A DNA stretch of 25,952 nucleotides from Ginkgo biloba (lineage: Eukaryota > Plantae > Ginkgophyta), in the NCBI GenBank assembly GCA_024626585.2, contig JANKJI020000004.1:154454460-154480411 (forward strand). The letters run 5' to 3'. The notes under the pieces are model-generated. The model was not told the origin of the DNA, made no database searches, and was given only the letters and a program-made list of their open reading frames with translations. This document shows positions 1 through 12,400 of the stretch, piece by piece. Position 1 is the first letter of the stretch. Each line of letters begins with the position of its first letter. The position numbers and the translations under genes are program-made.

Positions 1-849
1 TGGAGATAGATAAAAAACCCTTCATTCCCAATATATCCTTTAGTTTAAGATTTTAGTGGTACTTAAATCATAGATGGGATACCTCTAGAGAATTCATAGT
101 AGCATTTTAAGGCCTTATGATTTTTTCATCATAAAGGGTCCATCAATAATCCCTCATGGGTAGTGGATTATCCATATATATTTTCTAATGGTATGCCCAT
201 ACCTCAATATATATTTGAGTGGGCATGTGCATAAGTTAAGGAGATAACCAAATAAACTAGGATGACCAAATAGAATTTGATCCAATATTGGACGATTATC
301 CTTAGTACTAATGGCCCTCATAATGCTAGGCAGGGAATTATTCAAATTATATTACTTGAAGAGAGGGAGGATCAAGAGGATACCCAATCAAGGGATACAA
401 GGATAGAAAGTATAGTAACATCCATCCCATATAAATATATTATAACAACCCCCATAACACATTTGGTCAAATGATCCACTAGGTTTTCATAGATGTCTTA
501 AAGCTCTATAATAAGAAAATGCTACTAATCATAATAAGTCACTATTGGGATGGACCTTCTATTTATCTTCTAATCATTGAATTAGTTCTGACCCATCAAT
601 ATGATGCATTTAAAGAGGAGGTTATCTTATAGGAAAATGAATTAGGATCTCAACCAACCTTTTCCATGGTTATCTAGTTGGGATGGTATGAGGATACCCT
701 TAGGAATGACGGCATGGATGATTTGTATTACCATGTGGAGAATCCAATAGTTGATTTAAAAATTAGACTTCCTAACTCACCATGTATATTAAATATGGGG
801 GTTCTTGTCTACCTACAAAAATTTAATCTTTCAAGGTCCTCTTTCAAGA

Positions 850-2015
850 GTTTTGATATGTGTTCACTTATGACTATTGAGAGTTTAAGCTTATTTCTCC
901 TAAAATTATAGTGCATAAGATTCATTTGAAGCTAAATATTCTCCTATTCACTAAGGTCAGAGGAAACTCAATCCCAAACTAATATAGATGATAGAAGCAT
1001 AAATTAATAAACTCATTGATGTTAACTTTATATATGTAGTGGAGTAAATGAAGTGGTTGTAATGCATAGTATTGATTATGAAAAAGAATGGTAAGATTTA
1101 CATTTGTGTTGACTACCAAGAATTAAATTAGGAAACCCTAAAGGACCATTTTGAGCCATCCTACATTGACACCCTTTTGGATAAGGTGTATTCAAAGGAT
1201 ATCTACTCCTTCATGGATGGATTTTTAGGGTACAACTAGATTTGAATTGACCCTAATTATCAAATCAAGACTTCCTCCCTTTCCCTTTAGGAAATTTATT
1301 ATTATCAAGTCATCCCTTTAGCTTGAATAATTCCCTAGATGCTTTACAATGTATGATGAAGGAGGATTTCAAGGGTTTAGTTCTAAATTCTTGGTCGACC
1401 ATCTTCTTGCATGCCTTTTTAGCCAATTTTGAAGGAAAGAACACCTCAGTCACTTATGTAAGGTTTTTGAGAAATATAAGGAGTTCCAAATATGTCTCAA
1501 CCCTCAAAAGTTTGTATTTTACATCCAAAAGTGGATCCTCTTGGGATTTATCATCTCAAAGTAAGGCACTAAGTTAGATCTGAAAAAATGTAACCATCAT
1601 ATAAGACCCTCCCACTCCTATAGATAGGACAATAGTATGGTCAGTTTGGGCAAAATCGAGTTTTATAGATAGTTTATATAGGAATATGCATAGATCACAA
1701 ACCTAATCAATAATTTATTGAAAATGGATACTCTATTCATTTGAACACAAGAGTGTTAAGATATTTCCATAATTCTCAAGGAGAGAATGCTTAAAACACC
1801 AGTTATAATTTTACCTAACTAGGTTAAGAACTTCTTCCTTTACATATCAATAGGCGAGAAGGATTTGGATGTCATCCTAATGAAATGTGATGAAGAGGGT
1901 CATGAACACTCTATTTATTTTGTAAGAAGGACCTTAAATAAGTTTGAGAGGAAGTATTATACAGTGGAGAGAGAGGGATCCTATCCCTAATCTATGTATA
2001 CAATAATTTATTATA
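850..2015 (+). mobile_element. Degenerate Ty3/gypsy (non-chromovirus, Athila/Tat-like) pol fragment: reverse transcriptase and RNase H
   Basis: Manual translation: QRKLNPKLI*MIEA*INKLIDVNFIYVVE (~957-1045). From 1081: KKNGKIYICVDYQELN*ETLKDHFEPSYIDTLLDKVYSKDIYSFMDGFLGYN*I, matching the gypsy RT pattern KKNGKIRICVDYRxLN...DHFPLP...YSFMDGFSGYNQI. Then a frameshifted VIPFSLNNS (MPFGLKNA), a decayed catalytic site IFLHAF (IFLDDF), LNPQKFVF and LLGFIISK. RNase H reads GHEHSIYFVRRTLNKFERKYYTVERE (~1900-1975). Many stops and frameshifts. Confidence 0.93.
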
Positions 2016-3509
2016 CCTTAAAAATGATTTATTTAAGTCATATATGTATAAGTAGTTGGATATTTTCATTCATCAATGTTCACTTTGTATCCATTTGAAT
2101 CCTAAGAATGGGAAACTAAATCTTTGCCCATTATTTCTAGTGTATTATAGACCTTATGAGTCTATTTTATGGATTTTATTAGTAGTATATCCATGAGCTA
2201 TATGCTTAATAATGTTATGTTAGAATTTTTACATGGATTTAGGAAGATTATAATCTTTATTGATTGTGTTAAATATATAAATACTTCAAGGGCTACTCAA
2301 CTCTACTTTGAGAATTTGTGAACTCATTTTAGGACTCTATATAATATCATATTAGATATGCTCTCTTTATTTTTAATACAATTCGAATATTCACTTTCGA
2401 TAATGTTAGGCACTATCTAAAGTTTTTAACTACATTATACTCATAAATATATGACTAGGATGAGGTGATAATAACTTGTACCTGTTCATGTCTTATACAT
2501 ATTAAATGACGCTTAGCCTAAGAGTTATGAATATATAAAATAAATAATCACATTATGAATTCATCCATAGGTCATTCTATTTTTTAGTTATAACTTGGTT
2601 TCCATCTCCTTATATTTTATGATCTTTTAGTAGGAACTTTAACTCATGCATCAACTCACCATGATACTAAGAAATAAGATAGATCCAATGTATTTATTTG
2701 AAATTTGTAATAGCTTCACATAAGTTTCTAATATTTTAGTGAAGGCTCAAATGAATCACAAATCCTTTTATAATAGGTGTAGGGCATTTAATTATTTTTA
2801 GGTGAGAGATAGAGTCGAGATTCATTTAGATAAGTAGAGGTTTAAGCCTAAAATTTATTGTATGATCAAATATATTAGATACAAAACACACACTATTATT
2901 TGAGAGATTGGGCCTAATGATTTTTATTTAGATTTCTCACCACACCATGGCATCCATATAGCCTTTAATATGGATAAAATTAATTTCTTTTATACCCCCT
3001 CCTTTGGATAATGAGGTGAATTCATGGGAATATTTCATATAGGTAGATCACTCTTAGGGATAAATTTAATGTTTTTATCCACCTCTTTTGAAGAACACCC
3101 TTTTTGACATAATAGTATGCACCACTCCTACTAGATTTATCCCTTCCTATCTTATGGGTAACAAGGTCCATTTTCTTCATTAATATAAAATAATACTTAT
3201 GTACTCAATTAGAGTGCATTCTTGCTTAGCTTTTTCCAAGTAGAATGAGGACCATTTTGGTCTAAATGGACAGGAATAGATGTGTTATGCTCCATTATTT
3301 GTTATCTTCTAGCATTTCACATACATATTTTGATCAATCACTTATATATTCATTGTACCTCNNNNNNNNNNNNNNNNNNNNNNNNNNNNNNNNNNNNNNN
3401 NNNNNNNNNNNNNNNNNNNNNNNNNNNNNNNNNNNNNNNNNNNNNNNNNNNNNNNNNNNNNTACATCTCAGTATGGTAGAAATATTTGGGTATTGTCCTA
3501 ATGCAATGT

Positions 3510-4635
3510 GATAGATAAGGACATGAAAATGTAGTTAACTTCATGGGTAGAAACTTGAATGAGTCTGAGAGGAAGTATGGTGTAGCAGAAAGGGTGATCT
3601 TGGACTTAGATTATGCATGAAAAAAATAGTACCATTATCTCCTCCCTGGACCCTTAAAAGTTTATACAAGTTATAATTCTTTGTGCTACTTGAGTAAACC
3701 TAATAGTAAGGGGTATATAGGTCATTGGATCCTTCTCCACCAAGAGTATGAATTTGAAGTGATTATGAAACCGCATGTAGGTATAAGTGTAGAACAAGGT
3801 CTTACATGCACCAAATTGGGTGAATCAAGGGAGGTCCAATGGGACATCCCTGACCTCAAGCTACTCTTAGTTAAAATAGTACCATATTAGGTAATGAACA
3901 TAGTTTAGTTCCTTTAAGATCAAACCTATCCCGCACACTTATCTAAAGAGAACAAGTATAAATTATGCATTCAATCCATCAAGTATATGATCTTAAGTGG
4001 GGATTTATGTTATCCTTGTGTCTATGGGATTATCCTCTAGTTCCTCTTAAAGGAGGAAATGGAGGTAGTTTTACAATCTTGCCATAGTAGGCTTTGTGAA
4101 GAACATTATGTCGCTAATGTAACTACATATAAGATCCAAAGGAATGGTTTATTTTTTCCAACCTTATTTAGGGATGTGCACTCTTTTGTGCAACATTATC
4201 ATGAGTGCTAAGTATTTTCCTCTTAAGTGACTAGGGAAAGTATACCAATTCATCCAATTACCTTTATGATCCCCTTTGTAAAATGAGGCCTTGATTACAT
4301 TAGACATATTAACCCACCTTATAGTGTTAGTCATTGTTATATAGCGATGGCCATTGATTACATAAAAAATAGATAGAAGTGGCCCCCCTTAAAAATATTT
4401 ACTAAGAGATAATGGGTGATTTCATCTACCTATGGATCGTATGCCATTTTGGTGTACCCTTGGAGATTATCTCAAATTGAGGCATCCAATTCATGAGATA
4501 ATTAATGGAAATTATTATGGAGTTGATTCAAATTAAACACTAGTTCTTCTCACCCTACCACCCCCAAGGAAATAGATTAATAAGAAACACAAAAAAAACT
4601 CTCACATGCATCTTGAAATGCACTATGGATCCACA
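3510..4635 (+). mobile_element. Degenerate Ty3/gypsy pol fragment: RNase H end and integrase (zinc finger and core)
   Basis: GHENVVNFMGRNLNESERKYGVAER (~3520-3590) and IGHWILLHQEYEFEV (ORF 3681-3890). Decayed HHCC region CHSRLCEEHY...FFPTLFRDVHSFVQHYHEC (~4080-4210). Also PFVK*GLDYI, MAIDY, IVCHFGVPLEIISN*GIQF (~4440-4495) and SPYHPQGN (~4550-4575). Cut by a gap at 4636. Confidence 0.92.
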
Positions 4636-5404
4636 NNNNNNNNNNNNNNNNNNNNNNNNNNNNNNNNNNNNNNNNNNNNNNNNNNNNNNNNNNNNNNNNN
4701 NNNNNNNNNNNNNNNNNNNNNNNNNNNNNNNNNNNCCCATGAGTGCATAGAGTATCTTTCTGGATATTATATATTTGTTTGGAAGGTTCATAGGATTATA
4801 TAGGTCATTATCTTGGGCCAAGTGCAAAGTCACACTTTCCAAAATTTTTTGTGTGTTTTATGGCTATCGTCATTGAGCTACTGATTATCTAGATATTAAG
4901 AGGTTGGTTGTTGATTAGTGTGCTATTAGAAAATATGCAAATATTAATTATAATTCTATTAAATGATTAATTTTGATTATCATTCTATTAAGCATCATTG
5001 TAGAGAACCCTAAACCAAGATTAGTTCCAGGTGATATAAGTGGATAGAAAGATTTAATCTAGTATATATACACTTATATAGATGATTACCCCCTTGAATT
5101 AATTCCAAATCACTTCTACAATGAAATTGAAGGTCATTCTTTGGCAGATATAAATGGTTATGCCTACAAGAGTATCAATTTCCATAACCACAAGCTTTGT
5201 AGGGGGGGAAGTCCTACTCTCATTTATGAATGTGAGGTACAGGGAGTTAATCATCATGCATTAAGGTGGAAGGAGTGGGATCATGCCCACAAATCTCGGA
5301 CCAAGTTCTATATGATTTATTTAAAATAGGGGTAGTGGAGGAGTTTGCATGTGAAGCCTACAAAGAGATAGAAGTTTGAAAAGCTTTCAAAGTTTGTTTC
5401 AGTT

Positions 5405-5839
5405 ATGGGAGGTGATCCTATTACTATCGAACGTGTTATTATGGTGGTGGACGAGGAGGTTAGAAACATCCTTGAGGAAGCAGGTTTCCTAGCATTCTTT
5501 AAGAATTTCAGAGGGCATAGTGAAGGCATCACTAAGTAATTTGTTGACACTTGGAAGGATGGGAGAGTAGTTGTTGATAAAACTAAAATACTAGTCAATG
5601 TAGCCCTCATTGCAAAAGTCTCAGGCCTCCTGAATAAAGGTGAAGAAATCTCCAGAGAGAAGATGAATTGGGTGAGTCAATTGACAAAATTTATCAAGGA
5701 GAAAGAGACTTTCTATTGGTTAGACTCGGGCATAGCTCAATAATCGTTACCCAAGCCTTGGGATAGGGTAGCGATGGTATTAATAAAATATTTAACTCTG
5801 GAAGGGAAGTTCAGAAAGTTGTTTGGTCACCATATAGCT
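5405..5839 (+). pseudogene. Retrotransposon accessory ORF remnant (plant transposon protein / Transposase_32- or PMD-like), 3' part lost in gap
   Basis: One frame from ATG 5405: MGGDPITIERVIMVVDEEVRNILEEAGFLAFFKNFRGHSEGITK*FVDTWKDGRVVVDKTKILVNVALIAKVSGLLNKGEEISREKMNWVSQLTKFIKEKETFYWLDSGIAQ*SLPKPWDRVAMVLIKYLTLEGKFRKLFGHHIA. It has only two stops (5537, 5741) and no frameshift. The pattern MGG...GFLxFFxxFxG...IAxVSGLP...LPKPWD...KYLTxEGxF resembles extra ORFs I recall from gymnosperm gypsy elements. The family assignment is from memory, not from a search. Confidence 0.65.
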
Positions 5840-6330
5840 TNNNNNNNNNNNNNNNNNNNNNNNNNNNNNNNNNNNNNNNNNNNNNNNNNNNNNNNNNNNN
5901 NNNNNNNNNNNNNNNNNNNNNNNNNNNNNNNNNNNNNNNNNNNNNNNNNNNNNNNNNNNNNNNNNNNNNNNNNNNNNNNNNNNNNNNNNNNNNNNNNNNN
6001 NNNNNNNNNNNNNNNNNNNNNNNNNNNNNNNNNNNNNNNNNNNNNNNNNNNNNNNNNNNNNNNNNNNNNNNNNNNNNNNNNNNNNNNNNNNNNNNNNNNN
6101 NNNNNNNNNNNNNNNNNNNNNNNNNNNNNNNNNNNNNNNNNNNNNNNNNNNNNNNNNNNNNNNNNNNNNNNNNNNNNNNNNNNNNNNNNNNNNNNNNNNN
6201 NNNNNNNNNNNNNNNNNNNNNNNNNNNNNNNNNNNNNNNNNNNNNNNNNNNNNNNNNNNNNNNNNNNNNNNNNNNNNNNNNNNNNNNNNNNNNNNNNNNN
6301 NNNNNNNNNNNNNNNNNNNNNNNNNNNNNA

Positions 6331-6540
6331 AATGCAAAGGTGGCTTGTGATGTCAGGATTGAGTTTAGTGAGTTTGCATTTTCAAAAAACTAGTATGGCG
6401 ACATAGATGCACTACAGGACAAGATATCCATGCCAAGTGTTAGCTGGTGGAATTATCATGGCTCCAACGCCAAATACTTGAAAACCCTTGACGTTCGTGT
6501 TCTATCTCAGGTAGCAAGTTCTTCATTATCAGGGAGGAAT
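6331..6540 (+). mobile_element. hAT-family DNA transposase fragment (C-terminal dimerisation domain)
   Basis: Frame from 6331: NAKVACDVRIEFSEFAFSKN*YGDIDALQDKISMPSVSWWNYHGSNAKYLKTLDVRVLSQVASSSLSGRN. This matches the hAT dimerisation motif WWxxHGxxxPxLxxLAxxVLSQxxSSSxxERNWS. Similarity stops abruptly at 6540. Confidence 0.85.
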
Positions 6541-7633
6541 TTTATAAGAGGAGGATTCTTCTATGTTGTGAGTATTTTTTGGGGAATAATGGCAATATGA
6601 TGAGAATTATTTCATGGTATTATATAGGTATTTTAGATGATTAATCATGGAGGAGAGGCATCTCAAAGACTCTCCATTCTCTTCTTCTTGGAGATTGTTT
6701 TTTGTTGTTATTGAAATGATTGTGTGGGTAGCTCATTATGAGAGAACATAATGGAGTATTATGGAGATAATTTTTGTATGGAACCTTGATTTTAGAGAAT
6801 TTATATTGCTAATTCTTTGCACTCATAATGGAATAATGATTTACGATAATTTGTATAATTTAAATGCCTCTTCCATGGTATTTTTTTTTCTTATTATTGG
6901 TCCAATTATGTGCACAAAATTTAGTCCTCATTTCTTAAAAGAACCCATGGTAAACATAGTCTAAATTGGATCTCTCTAATGTATAACGAAAACACCATCT
7001 TCCTTCCATGTTGCTCTTATTTTTACTTTTAACTATCAAAAGAGGGAATTGGGCTTCACTTGTGGAATGTGTTAGGAAAATTTTAGAAATGGAGAATATG
7101 AGATACACCTCACATACAAACAATTTTTCTTTTCACATAATAAGGCTTCTTGTATTAATGAAGAAATAATTAATACATGCTCTCACATAATGAATGTGAT
7201 AAGAAAACTCCAAACCAATTCACATGAGAATGAAGTAAATTAACCTACTTATAAAAATGTGAATAATCTAAGGAAAAGGAACAGTTACATAGCTACAAAG
7301 TTGACACCTCACAAGTTAGAGTTGCTCATATATGTGAGTCTTCATGTGAGAGAATATGACTAATATAGAAAATGATGAAACTTATGTGTGAATAAGGACA
7401 CATGGATGGCAGAGTTACTAAAGAGACTAAATAAATACTCTCATAACTCACAAATACAAATTAAAGGCCATGTTTCAAACTTCGAAAATAAATGATAGGA
7501 AAAATATTCCTAATATAAGACTTACGAATTANNNNNNNNNNNNNNNNNNNNNNNNNNNNNNNNNNNNNNNNNNNNNNNNNNNNNNNNNNNNNNNNNNNNN
7601 NNNNNNNNNNNNNNNNNNNNNNNNNNNNNNNAT

Positions 7634-7781
7634 TTCACTTACAACTAAAGTTCATTTTCAATTGTAGTTCAATTATTGATAAAGTTCACTTACAATTAGA
7701 GTGTTATTTCAACTATAGTTCACTTGTAGTTGAAGTTCACTTCTAACTATAGTCACCTTGTAGTTTAATTTCACTTGAAAC
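7634..7781. repeat. Degenerate 17-bp tandem repeat, about 8-9 units (consensus approx. TTCACTTxxAACTAxAG)
   Basis: Units in exact 17-nt register: ttcacttacaactaaag (7634), ttcattttcaattgtag (7651), ttcaattattgataaag (7668), ttcacttacaattagag (7685), tgttatttcaactatag (7702), ttcacttgtagttgaag (7719), ttcacttctaactatag (7736), tcaccttgtagtttaat (7753), partial ttcacttgaaac (7770). The array may continue into the gap on the left. Confidence 0.8.
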
Positions 7782-7814
7782 ATGTATGCAAGTGAATCAA
7801 GGATATTTGGATCA

Positions 7815-8630
7815 TGCATTCTCCCTTAAAGAGTGATGGTCCCTCATTGCTTCTTCATATAGCTATGGAAATTTTACTTTTACCTGCTATTCTGAATACC
7901 AGGTTGCTTGGTATGGATATTTCCTCACTTTTTCAATCCTAGATAAGGGAATCTCCTTCTATCAAATTTCTTAATTTGGTCCTCTAAAATATGACTGCTA
8001 GATGTTGTGGTCATAAAATTCAACTCTAAATACCTTGTCACCTCTAGTAGACTATATGGTTATTCAATAAGGAGGGTTGCATAGGGATTTAACAAATCTA
8101 TGTTAAATACTATATGTAAACCAAAATATGATGCTATATCCAACTTGAAGGAATTATCATGGATCTTTTTCACAATTGTGTAAGGCCCATANNNNNNNNN
8201 NNNNNNNNNNNNNNNNNNNNNNNNNNNNNNNNNNNNNNNNNNNNNNNNNNNNNNNNNNNNNNNNNNNNNNNNNNNNNNNNNNNNNNCTAAAAATCATGAC
8301 TTATTATATTCTTTTCATAATTTTTGTTTCACTTCAGTTACATACAAGTTAGAATTACTTATACCTCCTTATGTATTTTTTGAATGTGAGCTATAAATTG
8401 CTCATCTTTGTCTTTCTCCTAGGTGAAGTGGGAGTCACTAAAGCCTTAAATGTTATGTCTAACAAATCCATAGGATGAAAACCCAAACATTCTATGAATG
8501 GACTATGGTTTATTGAGCTATGAAAAGCTCAATTATATGCATGTTGAATATAAGGTAAAATTTCATCCCAAGTGCCTACATGTTTATGGTGATACATCCT
8601 CAACAAGTGCACAATGGTTTAGATTACAAG
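7815..8630 (-). mobile_element. Chromovirus/CRM-like Ty3/gypsy integrase C-terminal remnant (end of core, GPY/F motif, terminal domain) with putative PPT
   Basis: Minus strand from ~8627: VI*TIVHLLRMYHHKHVGTWDEILPYIQHAYN*AFHSSINHSPFIECLGFHP. From 8191: YGPYTIVKKIHDNSFKLDIASYFGLHIVFNIDLLNPY (GPY/F motif). Near 7900: QATWYSE. A purine run aagggagaa (7827-7819) is followed by TGATCC at 7814, a possible 3' LTR start. Confidence 0.88.
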
Positions 8631-8644
8631 CATGTTTTAGGCTT

Positions 8645-9126
8645 AGTCTTTAGTCTCACCATAAAGAGTTGAAAGGACTCACTCTTTTTAATCAACTTTC
8701 ATGCTTTCTTATCGAATAATAATTACATATTCCCATACATTGGTGCCTTGTCATTCACTACATACAATTTCCCATCTTTTGATATCCAGCATTGATGGGG
8801 TCTTATGTTGTACTAGGTAGAATGATACCACATATATGGCTTGCCAAAAATCACATCACACACATCCAACTTCAAAACATCTAGATAACTTCATCTTCCA
8901 ATGGATAAATGATAAATATTACCAAGAATTTATGGGTTATATATATTTTTGTATCTCACTACATCCATATCAAGTTATAAAGATTAGGGTATGGGGTTGT
9001 AGGCAATTCCAATCTCTCCACTATGGCACTTGAAATCAGGTTCTTTTGGATTCCATTGTCGAAGATAACATGTAGGCGTTATTTTTTCACTCTTATATGA
9101 GTGTCAAAGAGCCTCTAATTCTCTTC
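8645..9126 (-). mobile_element. Chromovirus/CRM-like Ty3/gypsy aspartic protease remnant and protease-RT linker
   Basis: Minus strand from 9126: EEN*RLFDTHIRVKK*RLHVIFDNGIQKNLISSAIVERLELPTTPYPNLYNLIW, with the active-site-like F-D-N-G at 9063-9052. Then DVLKLDVCDVIFGKPYMWYH...KDGKLYVVN and the linker KKA*KLIKKSESFQLFMVR. This is typical of CRM-type proteases (IFDxGSQKNLIS...TTPHPxPY...DVCxVIFGxPYLWD). Confidence 0.82.
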
Positions 9127-9277
9127 AATATCATATATGTACATTACAAGTTCCTTTAGATCATTTATGTTGGTGANNNNNNNNNNNNNNNNNNNNNNNN
9201 NNNNNNNNNNNNNNNNNNNNNNNNNNNNNNNNNNNNNNNNNNNNNNNNNNNNNNNNNNNNNNNNNNNNNNNNNNNNG

Positions 9278-9407
9278 GTCACCACAAGTTTGTATTTTAA
9301 CGTGCGAATGGAGAGAGAAGTAGACATAAGTTCAAAGGGTGAAAGCTGAAGTAAGGAAATTTGCATCATGGTCGAGTCACCACAAGTCTGAATTTTGACG
9401 TGCGAAT
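9278..9407 (+). repeat. Two copies of a 32-bp direct repeat, 98 bp apart
   Basis: gtcaccacaagtttgtattttaacgtgcgaat (9278-9309) versus gtcaccacaagtctgaattttgacgtgcgaat (9376-9407); 29/32 identical. Confidence 0.85.
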
Positions 9408-12400
9408 CAATGTTAGAATTTGACGCCTGTTTAAACATTTTTAATTAATTTTTCCATCATTTGAAGGGAAAAAAAATTTTACCCCATTTTTTTGAAGTTC
9501 AACGAAATTCCTAAAACGTAATTATGACGTTCGGTGTTTTCATCTTGCCGCCAAATGTTATTACTACCTAAAAATATGTTGTTTGATTCCACCTTGTCTT
9601 CATTTGAAAATACTTTGATGTAACTATATACGACGATAATTAAAGTTTGTATCCACTACATTTGGTGGAAATTTATAGCAGTCTATAAAAAAATATAAAA
9701 ACGAATCAAACTATAACTTTGTAAGATTCTTACAATCTATGTATATTTTTTTAGAATGATTTACAAAATATTTATAAATTGTATCATCCTCAGTCACTCA
9801 GCATTGCAAAGAGATTGGTGATTCACAAAAAATAGTCGAGAGAAAAAAAATTTGAGTTCAAGGAAATAAGGGTAATTATCTAGTAAAGAGCTTTAGACTC
9901 AAGGTGTCAAAGTGTTAAACATCTGCTATGACTCTTCGTTGCTAACTTGTATGCTCTGCTAACTACTTATTTTATAAATAATTCTTGTAATTGTTATCTT
10001 GTAAGTTCTATAAATAATACAATTAGTTGAGAAATCATTCTGTAAATAGTTCTCATTTCCATTTGATGTTTGCATTTTATATTTCTCCTTTAATCGTTGG
10101 GTTTGATTGCTATTTGGTGTTCANNNNNNNNNNNNNNNNNNNNNNNNNNNNNNNNNNNNNNNNNNNNNNNNNNNNNNNNNNNNNNNNNNNNNNNNNNNNN
10201 NNNNNNNAGTTTGTTTTATTTATGTGTAATTTTCACCATCTTTTTTCAATCAAATGTAATTTCATTTACTACCAATCAACTTTCCTCCCATTGACGACAT
10301 TTCTTGTAATACAAAATAAACAGAATAATTATATATAGTTATTCAACTTTTCTCCTAGCCTGGTACTAATTTTAGTGTTTTTTTAGTCTTTATTATTATT
10401 ATTATTACATGTTGATTGAATAGCCTACTCTCCTTCACATGCACTTGAAAGAAAACAAGAGCAAAAGTCATCACTATCATAGTTCTCTATAGCACATGTA
10501 TACATATTTTTTTTGTGAATAGAGTTGATTTAAAGCTAGTTGTAAAATCAAACCAAAAACTTATGTCCACCTCTACTTTGAATAGAAAATTAAAAGGAAA
10601 GACAAATTCATGGATGTTTCTACATAGTCACACAAATGTAAAAAAAAAAAAAAATGATTTCCATTGATTTTTTTGTACAAAGTATTCATGAGCCATTGTT
10701 GTATTAAATCATACAAAAAGGGATGGATTGATTATATAAAATACTCACATCTCTCTATCATATTCATATCATCCTATTGACCATATGACACTTATGGATT
10801 CTCTTTATCTTTTCCACATTTGCTTTGTATTGATTTTAGATGTTGTTGTTCTTTTTTTCAATGTTATACTTCATCAGCTCTTTCTCTCTATATATACTTC
10901 CTGAATCCCANNNNNNNNNNNNNNNNNNNNNNNNNNNNNNNNNNNNNNNNNNNNNNNNNNNNNNNNNNNNNNNNNNNNNNNNNNNNNNNNNNNNNNNNNN
11001 NNNNNNNNNNCAAGATAATTAGGTAAACCGTAGATTATTCCTTGTCTCTCTATGCATAACATGAAAAAAAAATGGCCATAGAAGTTTCTAAACTAATGGT
11101 AACCCTAGAAAAATCTATATGAAATCTCTCCTTATATCCTTTCACTTCCATTTGAAAGGATGGGATTATGCCTCTATGTGTAGCATTGATGTTGCCTAGA
11201 TTTAGTAGCCTCTCAATGTCACCCATGATTAACACTCCCTCTTATATTTTTAATCTCCTTCAACCACACCCATTGGAGTTATACATATGGATTGTCCTAT
11301 ATTATAATTGAAAATCATATCCCTCCTCTATCTCAACCCATTATTAGTAGTCATTGAGAATCACATGTCTTATTTACCCATTTCCCATTCAAGTCTTTAA
11401 ATGAGAGTTGAAATCCCTATTTAGTTGCTTTTTCCAAATCTCAAAGAATACATTCACAAACTTTTAACACATAACCAACAACTAAAATCATGACATTATC
11501 ACACATGCTTACCTGTTTTCACAAAAATCCATCATCTTGTTTGACCTCAAGCCTATTATGGTGCAACAACAATGACTTTTTAATTTCAAAATGGATTGAG
11601 GCCAATTTAATTTTATCTTTTAATGAAAATTCAAAATAATTAAACATCAATTTTTTTAGCATGGATCTCATCCAACAAACGTTGGTCGAAGCATGGTGGA
11701 ATTTTATGTTTCCAACAAATACTGAAGGCTTTAAAGAATCTAATGAGCAATTCTAGTCATGACCTCTAATCAAATATCATGATAGCCGTTTGAGTGTGGA
11801 TAAATAGTAAAATTACATGAAGTTTATCAAACTTCTTATAGTGACCAAATGAATATAAAATACCCTAGATGAGGGAACCTAAAGACTATATTTCCATCAT
11901 TGAATGAGTTTGTGGGACTCGAATGTGTTACTTAGAATATTCAATCCTCATTTGGATTACACATAAATACCCACAATAGTTCATACCAATTCATCCAATA
12001 AAAATTAAAAATCAATCCCAAATAAAATATTTATGTCTCCCCATGAATAATATGAATTCATTATAGGATCATTAAAATAATGGTAGAATCACCATAGAAT
12101 ATAATGAAGAGATATTATTGTGAAAAAAATGTGCATATAATGATTTATTTTCCAATGAATATACCATTTTTATATTCCTTAGAAAAAATGGTATAGAAAT
12201 AATGTACAGAGTATAGTGAATTATTTTCCAATGATTATGGTATTTGATACAATTATTCTATAGGGATTCACAAGGAGGACTCAATTTAGTTGTTGATAAC
12301 AACTGAGTGATAGTTTTTATAGGAAAAACTTTAGCATTTTTATACTATAATGAACTTAGGATTTGTAACCCATTACAAAGGATTAATATTGTTAGTATTC

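Noticed and set aside
6960-7530. Possible chromodomain remnant (minus strand RATWKE near 7000) and an LTR-like segment starting TGTTAGG at ~7070
   Set aside because: Too short and too decayed to support, and no partner repeat is visible in the window.
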